64,000 nucleotides of DNA from Nitrospirota bacterium (lineage in GTDB: Bacteria; Nitrospirota; UBA9217): assembly GCA_963790205.1 (NCBI GenBank), contig CAWBNQ010000002.1:64001-128000 (forward strand), in the 5' to 3' direction. The position numbers were made by a program, and so were the translations under genes. Each line of letters begins with the position of its first letter. Positions within the stretch are counted from its first letter, which is position 1. Below the pieces are notes generated by a model. The model saw only the letters and a program-made list of their open reading frames with translations, was not told where the DNA came from and did no database searches. Below, piece by piece: positions 38,701-47,524 of this stretch.

Positions 38701-40003
38701 TTCGCAGGGCGAGGCCGTGTCAATGCACGATCAGCGGGTAAAGTTTTATTTTCCCAATTTTTCCGAAGTCCATACGCAGGCGATGGCCATGGCATTCCGC
38801 TGGATGGGCCTGCATACCGGCGAGACCGCTCCGCTCGGCAGGGGCCAGCTCGAACGGGGCCTCCAGTTCACGTCGGGACGCGAGTGCCTTCCCCTGCCGC
38901 TCTGCATCGGACAACTGCTCACGATCAACGAAGAGCGCGGGCAGGGCGAGATCGCGGGATTTTACATGCTGGAAGGCGGCGCGCCCTGCGTGTTGGACGC
39001 CTACCTGGACTACCTCAGGCGTTTTATCGTTGAGCAGCAATTGCCGGACCTTTTTCTGTTCGTCCCGACCGAAGAGAACGGCCAAAGCGCGCCCGACAAA
39101 GTAACCCTCGCAAAGAACACAGCGCTCACGCTCCTGGTGGCGGACCTCCTTGTGGAAATAGAGCACGTTCTCCGGGTCGTCGGCGTTCGAGGCAGCGTGG
39201 ACCAACTCAGGCAGGAGTGGCAGCGGTTTGTCGCAGCAGCGGACTCGGAGGCCCGGTTCAAAGCCGGGCTGGCCGAGTTCGTCGGGCGGATCGCAGCGCT
39301 TCCGCGCACGCGGGAACCGCAGGCCTGCCCGCGGGTCGTAGTCATCGGTGACTTTTTCACCCGGTTCAGCCCGTTCTTCATGGACGGGGTCCAGGACCTC
39401 TATTCCGGGCAAGGTATCATCCTGAAGCCCGTGGACATGACCGATCTCCTGCTCTACCACACCTATTACGGGGTAGCTGAAACTGCCCGCGCATGGGGCA
39501 TGAAACCGGGCGGCCAGGCTTTGGCCAAAGCCTGTTCGAGGATTTTCCAGAGAGACGGAAAGCAGTATCTGCAGCACTTGCTTGCCTATAAGGTGGAGAG
39601 GTGGATTGAGGAAGGCCATCGGAGGCTGTTTGCGAAGACCGGCCTGCTCGTGGCCGGCCCAAATGACGCGGCTTCCCTGTTCGAGAAGGCGTCTGATCAT
39701 GTGCCACCGGGGATCTACGGCGAGATTGTCCCGACCGTAGGCCGGGGACTGGAGGCCGAGGCTGAGGGCTATGACGGGATCATCATCATCGGACCATTCA
39801 ACTGCCTCCCGTTCCGCATCTCGGAGGCGATCCTGAAACCGCTCAGCATCCGGCACGGGATGCCTATTCTTACTTATGAGAGCGACGGATACGCGGTCTC
39901 GCCGTCGGTCATCCGGCAGGTGGAAGTCCACATCCAGCAGGTCCTTGAGCACGCAGCCAGGCGACCATCCGAAGCGACATTGGGCGGGAGCGAAAATGTA
40001 TGA
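35771..40003 (+). CDS. Large CoA-substrate activase fusion (two BadF/BadG/BcrA/BcrD ATPase domains, DUF2229-like and dehydratase-like domains)
   Basis: KCAAGSG, RCSVHCKSD, LDAGSTTTK, EIGGQDSK, ACSAGTG, IGIPRAL, CFP, EIDAH..AG..TRLEAF, ECLP and GPFNC motifs. Confidence 0.9.
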   Translation: MLNNLPKKQNTLSQGIPPQPACVGVNIGAITVKVVALREDDVFSRMRTHQGRPLETLEEMLAEKELSGAEYFGVSGRRGHITEVAAIERALAELGCDFDAVASLGGESFLVYLLANNRITNVLSHNKCAAGSGEFFVQQITRMRLTIEEAIERSFMGKVVPLASRCSVHCKSDITHKLNRNEASPQDILHTLHDSMADKVVSLLEKGQQQLKRILVIGGVSQNAALLSALRKKLPSTEIVVVPESLCFEARGCALLTRDDPRYRSPKISLQPVLESFPPLHCQAGRVQVISPMPLQAPPDGSLVLGLDAGSTTTKAILLDPSTRGVVASHYTRTRSDPVAATRECLRAVAQEAGNLRVGLAGTTGSARELVGAYLGTSHVYNEISAHATGATHFDPDVDTIFEIGGQDSKYIRLRNGVPVDYAMNNACSAGTGSFLEESAQGDLGITVSEIAGAALSAASPVQLKATCAAFINSDIRIAFQQGQSRENIVAGLVYAIAANYLTKVKGPRVVGKKVFLQGGVALNRAVGHAFAQSVDRTVVVPPSPELMGALGVALLALTRSRGEFDLATDLLSLAKAEMASPGRFICKACRMHCSIDRFEVAGRRFPFGGRCSLYENIWKRNARVVAAPDLVGQRAEMIFGTTDDQVEGLAMDRGQPAIGIPRALLTHSLYPLYSTFFLSLGLDVVLSGLDPRGELKSYSGFCFPAQTAHGAILDLVKRGVNLVFMPHVKRMPRPGQCRDSFLCPITQASPFFLGAAFSDVRFLSPVLDFSRGYECGPNLEEIVAREFGIGRERVHRAWEAARGAQMGVERAMRELGQHALARALFEGKPTIVLAGRSYNAYAAEASQSIGRKLSSMGVATIPADCLEPIEEGPLAWHFSNQVLNAMALAKKHPTLFLVCISNFSCTVDAFTHARVASEMGSKPYLILEIDAHTADAGIQTRLEAFLDIVHNYHAAPAIQSEKFSLCRVGEGNTVIRSQGEAVSMHDQRVKFYFPNFSEVHTQAMAMAFRWMGLHTGETAPLGRGQLERGLQFTSGRECLPLPLCIGQLLTINEERGQGEIAGFYMLEGGAPCVLDAYLDYLRRFIVEQQLPDLFLFVPTEENGQSAPDKVTLAKNTALTLLVADLLVEIEHVLRVVGVRGSVDQLRQEWQRFVAAADSEARFKAGLAEFVGRIAALPRTREPQACPRVVVIGDFFTRFSPFFMDGVQDLYSGQGIILKPVDMTDLLLYHTYYGVAETARAWGMKPGGQALAKACSRIFQRDGKQYLQHLLAYKVERWIEEGHRRLFAKTGLLVAGPNDAASLFEKASDHVPPGIYGEIVPTVGRGLEAEAEGYDGIIIIGPFNCLPFRISEAILKPLSIRHGMPILTYESDGYAVSPSVIRQVEVHIQQVLEHAARRPSEATLGGSENV

Positions 40004-40150
40004 AGACAAACGCGATCTTGGAATTTCTCGACAAGATGCCGAAATCGATCATGACGCTCCTCAGCGCGCCGCTGGCGCTCGTCATTGGTTATCTCGACCG
40101 GATCACCGGCGCTTAGAGTTCCCTGTCCTTTTTCTATGTCTTGCTGTCTG
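40000..40150 (+). pseudogene. Remnant of a membrane-sensor N-terminus (signalling protein), interrupted by TAG
   Basis: MKTNAILEFLDKMPK...LVIGYLDRITGA*SSLSFFYVLL; the ATG overlaps the activase stop; TAG at 40114-40116. Confidence 0.5.
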
Positions 40151-40246
40151 ATTCCGTGCCTTTATTTTTGAGCAGGTCGTCAAGCGAACCGGTATTCTCA
40201 TCCGCTTTTTCTGTCTTCCGTAAAACCGTGGCAGAACATCGGCCCG

Positions 40247-41500
40247 TCACACCCGCTCGTCCGCTATCGCAGCGGCCCGCGCCCCTTCCGAGATTTCCGT
40301 TCCTTTCGCGATCACGACAATGCCCGAAGGCGTTACATGGTAGCGTTTCTGGTCATTCTCCAGGTCGTACCCGATCTCGGTTCCCGGCGGGATGACCACG
40401 TCCTTGTCGATGATGGCTCGGCGGATGCGGCAATGCCTGCCGATGTCCACATTTTCCATGAGAATTGAATCGCGCACCTCAGTGTAGCTGTTCACGCGCA
40501 CGTTCGGCGAGAGCACGGAGTTCTGCACCCTGCCGCCGCTTACGATGCATCCGTGCGCTACGATGGAGTCCAGCGCGATACCGAGCCTGCCGCCCTTCTT
40601 CTCCTGGGCGAAGACGAACTTGGCCGGCGGGTTCTGGGCCTGGTACGTGCGGATGGGCCAGGCCTTGTCATAGAGGTTCAGCAAGGGATCCACGCTCACG
40701 AGGTCCATGTTGGCTTCCCAGTAGGCGTCGATGGTCCCTACGTCGCGCCAGTACTTGGCCTCCTTCTTGTTCTCGTCCTTGAAATTGTAGGCGCAGACGC
40801 GGGCATTCTTCATCATTTGAGGAATGATGTTCTTCCCGAAGTCATGGGCCGTATCCTGGAGCGCGTCGGACTTCAAGTGCTCGATCACGGTCCTGGTATT
40901 GAACAGGTAGATGCCCATGGATGCGAAGGCAAGGTCGGGCCTGCCGGGAATGTGCTTCGGCTCCCTCGGTTTCTCCTCGAACCCGATTATCTTGCCGTCA
41001 TCCTCCACTTCGATCACGCCGAATTCATTTGCGATCTTGCGCGGGACCTCGATGGCCGCCACGGTCGCGTCCGCCTTCTGCTCTTTGTGGAACCGGAACA
41101 TCTCGGCATAGTCCATTTTATAAATGTGGTCGCCGGCGAGCACGAGCACGTGGTCAGGCGCGTCTTTTTCGATCATATAGATGTTCTGGTAGATGGCGTC
41201 CGCCGTTCCCTGGTACCATTTGTCCCCGACGCGCTGCTGGGGCGGCACGGAGATGATGTATTCGTTCAATTCTCCGGAGAAGAAGTTCCACGCGAGCCTG
41301 AGGTGCTTGTCGAGAGAGAGCGATTTGTACTGGGGCAGCACGGCGATCTTGCGGATGCCGGAGTTGATGCAGTTTGAAAGCGTAAAGTCGATGATCCGGT
41401 AGATGCCGCCGAAAGGGACCGCGGGTTTTGCCCGGTGGATGGTGAGGGGATGGAGCCGTTCGCCCTTGCCGCCGGCAAGGATCATCGCCAGTATTCCCAT
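40247..41500 (-). CDS. glgC: Glucose-1-phosphate adenylyltransferase
   Basis: LAGGKGERL, RAKPAVPFGG, WYQGTADA, GDHIYKMDY, EKP, DFGK and YWRDVGT motifs. Confidence 0.97.
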   Translation of the reverse strand: MGILAMILAGGKGERLHPLTIHRAKPAVPFGGIYRIIDFTLSNCINSGIRKIAVLPQYKSLSLDKHLRLAWNFFSGELNEYIISVPPQQRVGDKWYQGTADAIYQNIYMIEKDAPDHVLVLAGDHIYKMDYAEMFRFHKEQKADATVAAIEVPRKIANEFGVIEVEDDGKIIGFEEKPREPKHIPGRPDLAFASMGIYLFNTRTVIEHLKSDALQDTAHDFGKNIIPQMMKNARVCAYNFKDENKKEAKYWRDVGTIDAYWEANMDLVSVDPLLNLYDKAWPIRTYQAQNPPAKFVFAQEKKGGRLGIALDSIVAHGCIVSGGRVQNSVLSPNVRVNSYTEVRDSILMENVDIGRHCRIRRAIIDKDVVIPPGTEIGYDLENDQKRYHVTPSGIVVIAKGTEISEGARAAAIADERV

Positions 41501-42100
41501 GAACGAATGTCTCCTTCAGTTACTCAAGAATCAAATTCTGCGCAAAAGGAAAAGAAAAAAAGCAACCTCTTTGACACGGATGCACACGGATTAACTTTAT
41601 GAAGCATCATGATTTTTCGCAGGTTTTAATCATTGGCAGTGTCAACGTTTTTGGTTTTGTTTTTCTTGTCCCGGTTTGTGGGTCAGGATGTACGTGATAT
41701 TTCAGATAATAGCAGGAGGACGGGGGCGTGTCAAACGGGAATGCTGCGGCAATCTCCCGGGCTTTTAGCGACTACCATGGTCAGTAAGTCGGCCTTGGCG
41801 CAAGTTGTCCGGGATGCCTTGTGTCAGATATGACGATCAGCCATGAAAGATAGAGAATAATAATTTTCATATGAAATTTTTTAATAGTATTTTTTCTTGA
41901 TTTTTTGATGTGCGGTTGTTAATATGAATTCCCTTTTTAACAACAGGATATTTATTGATGCGCTTCACAGGTTACAATAAGTAACGAAGTAGATGTTTCT
42001 TTGGTAACACTACGGCAGCACCTTAATGGCAGTCCTTATCTTACCGGTTTCATTGCCATTTTTCGTCAGTGTCAGTCATTATGTGCAGGAGGTTTCCAAC

Positions 42101-42589
42101 GTGCTCCAGAACGAAGAAATAAAGAACATCAATGCAGTCCTCGATAATGCTGAGGGCCAGCGCGGGGTCCTGATTGCCGTGCTCCAGCGGGTGCAGGAAA
42201 AGGTGGGCTACCTTCCCGAGGATGCCATGAAGATGATCGCCGAGCGGTTCTCGCTTTCACTGACCAACGTCTACGGCGTGGCTTCATTCTACAAACATTT
42301 CCATTTCAAGCCCCGGGGCAAGAATGTGGTCAAGGTCTGCATGGGCACTGCATGCCACGTGCGGGGCGGCAAGGCCGTTCTTACCGAGATGGAAAAACAG
42401 CTCGGGATCAAAGAGGGCGAGACCACGAAGGACCTCTCGGTCACGCTCGAGACCGTGGGCTGCGTCGGGTGCTGCGCCCTGGCCCCTGTTGCCACGGTGA
42501 ACGACCAGGACCTGTACGGAGAACTCACGCCGAAGATGGTGGATGATATCATTGCAGTGGTGAGGAGTGAACATGGAACTCACGTTTAA
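42101..42589 (+). CDS. NuoE/HydC-like thioredoxin-fold [2Fe-2S] subunit
   Basis: GVASFY, CMGTAC and CVGCC motifs; GTG start after AGGAGG. Confidence 0.92.
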   Translation: MLQNEEIKNINAVLDNAEGQRGVLIAVLQRVQEKVGYLPEDAMKMIAERFSLSLTNVYGVASFYKHFHFKPRGKNVVKVCMGTACHVRGGKAVLTEMEKQLGIKEGETTKDLSVTLETVGCVGCCALAPVATVNDQDLYGELTPKMVDDIIAVVRSEHGTHV

Positions 42590-44471
42590 ACGGCTGAACA
42601 GCGCGGCCGAACTCGATGCACTCCGCGCCACGCTCAAGAAAGAGCGCAAGGAAAAAGATACTCACCGTGTCCGTGTCTGCTGCGGCACCGCGTGCCAGGC
42701 CTCGGGCTCGAACAAGCTGGTGAAGAAATTCGAGGAAGAGGCGGCGGCGAAGGGAGTAGACCTGGAGATCGTCAAGACGGGCTGCCAGGGCTTCTGCCAG
42801 CGCGGCCCGGTCATGATCCAGGAGCCCCAGGAGACCTTTTACCAAAAGGTAAAAATGTCCGACATCCCCGAACTGTTCTCCGGCTCGGTGCTGAACGGCG
42901 TTCCCTACCGCAAGCAGCTCTATCGCGAATTTGCGCTCTCCGAGCCGAACACGGCCATGCAGGACATCCCGTTCTATAAAAAGCAAAAGCGCGTGGCCCT
43001 GCACCGGAACGGGTTTGTCGATCCCTGCAATATCTACGACGCCATCCGCGAGGAAGGCTACGCGGGCCTGGCCAAGGTCCTCTCCGAAATTAAGCCCGAC
43101 GAGGTCATCGACATCGTCAAGAAGTCCGGTCTTCGCGGCCGCGGTGGCGCAGGCTTCCCGGCAGGCCTCAAGTGGGAGCATACCAAAAAGTCGGGAGCGA
43201 AAATCAAGGCAGTCGTGTGCAACGGCGACGAAGGAGACCCGGGCGCGTTCATGGACCGCGCGCTCATGGAGGGCGATCCCCATTCCGTGATCGAAGGCAT
43301 GATCATCAATGCCTATGCCATCGGCGCGCAGCACGGCTACATCTACGTGCGGCACGAGTATCCGCTTGCCGTGAAAAATCTGGGCGTTGCCATCAAGCAG
43401 GCCGAGGCGCTGGGGCTCCTCGGGAAGAACATCCTGGGCTCCGGTCTCGACTTCGACATGGAGATCAAGGAAGGCGCGGGCGCATTCGTGTGCGGTGAGT
43501 CCACAGCGCTCGTGGCCTCGATCGAGGGCCAGCGCGGCATGCCGCGGCCCCGTCCTCCGCGGCTCTCTGAGGCGGCAGGCGGTCTCTGGAACATGCCCAC
43601 AAATTTGAATAACGTCGAGACCTTCGCCAATGTCCCAACGATCATCACCAAGGGGCTCGATTACTACACCAAGATAGGGACCGAGAAATCGAAGGGCACG
43701 AAAGTGTTCGCCCTGACCGGCAAGATCAAGAACACGGGCCTCATCGAAGTTCCCATGGGCATTACCCTCCGGGAGATCATCTTTGACATCGGCGGAGGCA
43801 TGCTGAACCCGGACCGGAAGTTCAAGGCGGTCCAGACCGGCGGCCCCTCGGGCGGCTGCATTCCCGAACAATTCCTCGACATGCCCGCGGACTTCGACAC
43901 CCTGGCCAGCGTGGGCTCGATCATGGGCTCGGGCGGCATGGTGGTCCTGGACGAGGACGACTGCATGGTGGACGTGGCCAAGTTCTTTCTCTCCTTTACC
44001 AAGAGCGAGTCCTGCGGCAAGTGCCCGCCCTGCCGGGTCGGCACGTGGCAGATGTACGAGATCCTCGAAAAAATCACCTCGGGCAAAGGAGAAGAGGGCG
44101 ACATCGAGTTGCTCGAGAAGATGGGCAAGCTGGTCGTGGCCGGTTCACTCTGCGGTCTGGGGAACAGCGCTCCCAACCCGGTCCTTTCCACCATTAAATA
44201 TTTCCGCGAGGAATACGAAGAGCACGTCCGGGACAAGTACTGCCGGGCCAAACGCTGCCAGGGGCTGGGCGCCTTCCGCATCCGACCCGAGCACTGCATT
44301 CTCTGCGGCCTGTGCAAGCAGGCATGCGCATTCGACGCGGTTGTCGAGCTCCGGGATAAGTTCTTTATCGACCAGGATTACTGCACCAAATGCAAGGCCT
44401 GCTATTCGGTCTGTCCTACCCAGGCCGTCGTGATCGAAAAAGGAGGGGCCCATGTCGCAGCAGGAAAGTAA
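42573..44471 (+). CDS. NuoF/HydB-like FMN/NAD(P)H-binding subunit with N-terminal [2Fe-2S] and C-terminal 2x[4Fe-4S]
   Basis: CCGTAC..CQGFC, LRGRGGAGFP, DEGDPGAF, GAGAFVCGE, NNVET, SCGKCPPCR and two ferredoxin motifs. Confidence 0.94.
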   Translation: MELTFKRLNSAAELDALRATLKKERKEKDTHRVRVCCGTACQASGSNKLVKKFEEEAAAKGVDLEIVKTGCQGFCQRGPVMIQEPQETFYQKVKMSDIPELFSGSVLNGVPYRKQLYREFALSEPNTAMQDIPFYKKQKRVALHRNGFVDPCNIYDAIREEGYAGLAKVLSEIKPDEVIDIVKKSGLRGRGGAGFPAGLKWEHTKKSGAKIKAVVCNGDEGDPGAFMDRALMEGDPHSVIEGMIINAYAIGAQHGYIYVRHEYPLAVKNLGVAIKQAEALGLLGKNILGSGLDFDMEIKEGAGAFVCGESTALVASIEGQRGMPRPRPPRLSEAAGGLWNMPTNLNNVETFANVPTIITKGLDYYTKIGTEKSKGTKVFALTGKIKNTGLIEVPMGITLREIIFDIGGGMLNPDRKFKAVQTGGPSGGCIPEQFLDMPADFDTLASVGSIMGSGGMVVLDEDDCMVDVAKFFLSFTKSESCGKCPPCRVGTWQMYEILEKITSGKGEEGDIELLEKMGKLVVAGSLCGLGNSAPNPVLSTIKYFREEYEEHVRDKYCRAKRCQGLGAFRIRPEHCILCGLCKQACAFDAVVELRDKFFIDQDYCTKCKACYSVCPTQAVVIEKGGAHVAAGK

Positions 44472-45117
44472 ATGCCCGGTCAACCAGACGAGGGTCCGGC
44501 TCCACGAGTTCTACTATTCCACCGACCCTAAGACCATGATGTGCTCAAAGTGCCATCCCTGCAAGCTCGGCATCTTCGACGCCATCAAGATCTTTGAGGC
44601 GATCCAGGCAGGGAAGGGCCGGGACAAAGACATCGTTCAGCTCAAACGGATTGCCGAGGACGTGAAGGACGGCGGCATGTGTAAAAAGGGCAAGGACCAT
44701 GCCGACATTCTTACCGCATTCCTTGCGGCCAATGCCGCGGACCTCGAACGCCATATTAAAGGGGTCTGCACCCACCGTGAATGTAAACAACTCGTCCGCT
44801 ACGAGATCGACCCGAAGCTTTGCACTATGTGCGACAAGTGTGCTGCGGTCTGTCCGTCCTTCGCTGTCGAGGGCCAGAAAATAGTTCCGGGCAAAACGGG
44901 GTTCACGCCCTACCGCATCCGGCAGCGGCGCTGTACTCATTGCGGGGAATGTATCAAGGTCTGTCCGGAGAAGGCTGTTATCATCGTAGAGCAGGACCGC
45001 GAAGCTCCGACTAAAGAGCCGGTGCGCACCCTCGTCTGCACCTGCGATGTGAGCAACAAGACGACCGGCCATGTTCCGGCCTGCTCGATTCATGACATGG
45101 CGGGAGCGGCGAAATAG
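44452..45117 (+). CDS. Stand-alone NuoF C-terminal-like Fe-S protein (4Fe-4S helical domain plus ferredoxin)
   Basis: CSKCHPC...MC, H..GVC....C, CTMCDKC...C and CTHCGEC...C motifs. Confidence 0.85.
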   Translation: MSQQESKCPVNQTRVRLHEFYYSTDPKTMMCSKCHPCKLGIFDAIKIFEAIQAGKGRDKDIVQLKRIAEDVKDGGMCKKGKDHADILTAFLAANAADLERHIKGVCTHRECKQLVRYEIDPKLCTMCDKCAAVCPSFAVEGQKIVPGKTGFTPYRIRQRRCTHCGECIKVCPEKAVIIVEQDREAPTKEPVRTLVCTCDVSNKTTGHVPACSIHDMAGAAK

Positions 45118-45206
45118 ATAAAAGATCGTGCAGCTTCAAACGCATGATGCTCGACTAACTGAACGACGTTCGAAATTTGCTTGATTAAGTTTTTTTGGAG
45201 GCTTTT

Positions 45207-47342
45207 ATGACGACCAAGATGGTGAATATGGAAATTAACGGAAAGGCCGTGTCGGTCCCGGAGGGGATGACCCTTGTTGACGCGGCCGCGACCGTGGGGG
45301 TACACATCCCGAACCTGTGCCATATCAAGGAGCTCAGGGGCGTGGGCGCCTGCCGCATGTGCATGGTGGAGATCGAGGGCATGAAGGCGCCGATGACAGC
45401 CTGCACCACCCGGACCAAGGAAGGCATGAAGGTCCAGACCAGCACCCCGAAGGTTGAGGAGATCAGAAAATTCGTGACCGACCTGGTGCTCTCCTTCCAT
45501 CCGCTCGACTGCATGACCTGCCCCAAGGCCGGCGCCTGCGACCTCCAGCGGTATGCGGCGGACCTCGGCATCCGCGAATCATCCTTTGGACGGAAAAGTT
45601 TCAATTATGAATTAAACGACAAGAGCCCTTTCATCACCATCGACAACAACTACTGCATCCTCTGTGGACGGTGCGTGCGGGTCTGCAAGGAACAGGGCAC
45701 GAACGTGCTCGATTTCATGGGCCGCGGCATCACGACCAAGGTCTCGACGGCGCTCGACAAGCCGCTCCATGAATCCGGCTGCACGTTCTGCGGCTCCTGC
45801 GTAGAGGCTTGCCCGGTGAACACGATCATGGAGCGGGACCGCTGGCAGCACGGCCGGGAGTGGGACCTCGAAAAGCATGAGTCAGTCTGCACTGCCTGCG
45901 GCTCGGGCTGCAGCGTCGTGGTGAGCAAGAAAGACGGCCGTATCGTCAAGGTGAACACAAAGGAAGAAAACGGTTATATCTGCGCCATCGGCCGTTTCGG
46001 GTTCGATTCCCTGAATGCCGGGAACCGCATCACCACGCCGATGAAAAAACAGGGTGGCAAGCTCGTACCCGCTACCTGGGAAGAAGCCTCGAAGCTTGCG
46101 GCCGACGCGCTCAAGAAGGCGGGGGCCAATGCCGGGTTCATCGCCTCGGGCTCGCTCACGAACGAAGAGGCCATGGCAGTCCAGTCGCTTGCCCGCGACG
46201 TCGTTGGAAGCGCGAATATCGACACTCCCGCGTCAGCCTATGCAGGCGGCGCCATTGCCGCGCTTCGCGCGGTCTACGGCGATGCCGGTCTCGCTATTGC
46301 ATCCCAGGCGGACCTCAAATCGGCTGATTGTGTCGTGGTGATCGGGGCGGACCCGACCCAGAAAGGCCAGTCGCTCCAGGAAATCGACGTCATGATCCGT
46401 AGACGCGCCCAGGCAGGGGCCAAGATCATTGTGGTCAATCCCGACAAGATCGGGCTCACGACCCATGCGAATGCCGTTCATCTGGAGCTCAAGCCCGGGA
46501 CCGATGCGGCGCTTCTTGCCGGCGTGATGTCGGCGGCCTTCGCTGAAGGTCTTACCGCGGGCCAGAAGGGGCTCGACGGATTAAAGAAATCGCTCATAAG
46601 CGCTGAGGAAGCGGCAAAGATCTCGGGCGTGGCCGCGGAGAAGATCGCGGAAGCAGCCAAGGCCTTTGCAGCGTCAAAGCAGCCGGTGGTCATTTTCGGC
46701 ACGGGAATATCCGCAAATGAAGATGCGTCGCTCCAGGCCCTGAACCTGGCGCTTCTGAAAAACGCCGGCGTCATGCCGCTCATGCTCGAGGCGAACGCGC
46801 TCGGCGTGACGCAGATGGGCTGTCTGTCCGACAAGAAAGGCAAGGGCTACAGCGAAATGAAGTCGGGCATGAAAGCGCTCTATATAGCCGGCAGCGTTCC
46901 GGATTTGGACTTCAAGGCTGACTTCCTCATCGTTCAGGCGAGCCATGCGAACGCTCTAACGGAGAAGGCCGACCTCGTGCTCCCGATGGCCGCTTTGTAT
47001 GAAAGGCACGGCGCGATCGTCAATACCTACGGCGCGCATAAGGCATTCGCCCGGGCGCAGCAGCCTGCGGGCGAGATCAAAGACGGCACGGAAATTACCG
47101 CTGAAATTTCAGCGGCGGTCAGCAAGACCAAGGCGTTCAAGGCCAAGGACATCGCTTCGCTGGTTAAGAAAGTTAAAATCGGCAAGCTCGGCGCGGGAGC
47201 ATTCAACCCGGTGAAAGCCGCGGCTGCGAAACCCTACGGCATCTCGGGCGCGGCGCTGCTTCTGGCCATGAACCGGGGCCTGCTCTCCGGATCGGCGGTG
47301 ATCAAGGTCATCGAGGTTCGTGAAACAGTGACCTCGCGATAG
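45207..47342 (+). CDS. NuoG/SfrA-like Fe-S subunit with a shortened, probably non-catalytic molybdopterin-family fold
   Basis: [2Fe-2S] C..GACRMC..C, HPLDCMTC, 2x[4Fe-4S] and CTACGSGC..C motifs; no recognisable Mo-ligand segment; C-terminal domain missing. Confidence 0.85.
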   Translation: MTTKMVNMEINGKAVSVPEGMTLVDAAATVGVHIPNLCHIKELRGVGACRMCMVEIEGMKAPMTACTTRTKEGMKVQTSTPKVEEIRKFVTDLVLSFHPLDCMTCPKAGACDLQRYAADLGIRESSFGRKSFNYELNDKSPFITIDNNYCILCGRCVRVCKEQGTNVLDFMGRGITTKVSTALDKPLHESGCTFCGSCVEACPVNTIMERDRWQHGREWDLEKHESVCTACGSGCSVVVSKKDGRIVKVNTKEENGYICAIGRFGFDSLNAGNRITTPMKKQGGKLVPATWEEASKLAADALKKAGANAGFIASGSLTNEEAMAVQSLARDVVGSANIDTPASAYAGGAIAALRAVYGDAGLAIASQADLKSADCVVVIGADPTQKGQSLQEIDVMIRRRAQAGAKIIVVNPDKIGLTTHANAVHLELKPGTDAALLAGVMSAAFAEGLTAGQKGLDGLKKSLISAEEAAKISGVAAEKIAEAAKAFAASKQPVVIFGTGISANEDASLQALNLALLKNAGVMPLMLEANALGVTQMGCLSDKKGKGYSEMKSGMKALYIAGSVPDLDFKADFLIVQASHANALTEKADLVLPMAALYERHGAIVNTYGAHKAFARAQQPAGEIKDGTEITAEISAAVSKTKAFKAKDIASLVKKVKIGKLGAGAFNPVKAAAAKPYGISGAALLLAMNRGLLSGSAVIKVIEVRETVTSR

Positions 47343-47524
47343 GAAACAAGAAGCAGTTTTAGCGGCGCTTCCATTCCGGGGCAGCCGGAACCCTTGGTTC
47401 CGGCCCCGGTTTTCGTACGATAAACCCAAAAACTTCTTGTAGTTTTTTTCGTGCACTTTCTGTATAATGCACGCTGCCAAGAAGGGGGAGCCTCTGCGCT
47501 CCGCGCGAAAGGAGTCTGTCACTT

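Noticed and set aside
40114..40116. In-frame TAG as possible pyrrolysine readthrough
   Set aside because: The frame loses recognisable similarity shortly afterwards and runs into the convergent glgC end; a decayed GAG-to-TAG remnant is the simpler explanation.
41862..41971. Palindrome TTTCATATGAAA and a weak Rex-like site (TATTGATGCGCTTCACAG) upstream of the nuoE-like gene
   Set aside because: The context is AT-rich and the match to the Rex consensus is only partial, so it cannot be told from chance.
45207..47342. Formate dehydrogenase alpha subunit, or true complex I nuoEFG
   Set aside because: No Cys/Sec-His Mo-ligand segment, no in-frame UGA, the C-terminal cofactor domain is missing, and there are no membrane nuo genes in the window.
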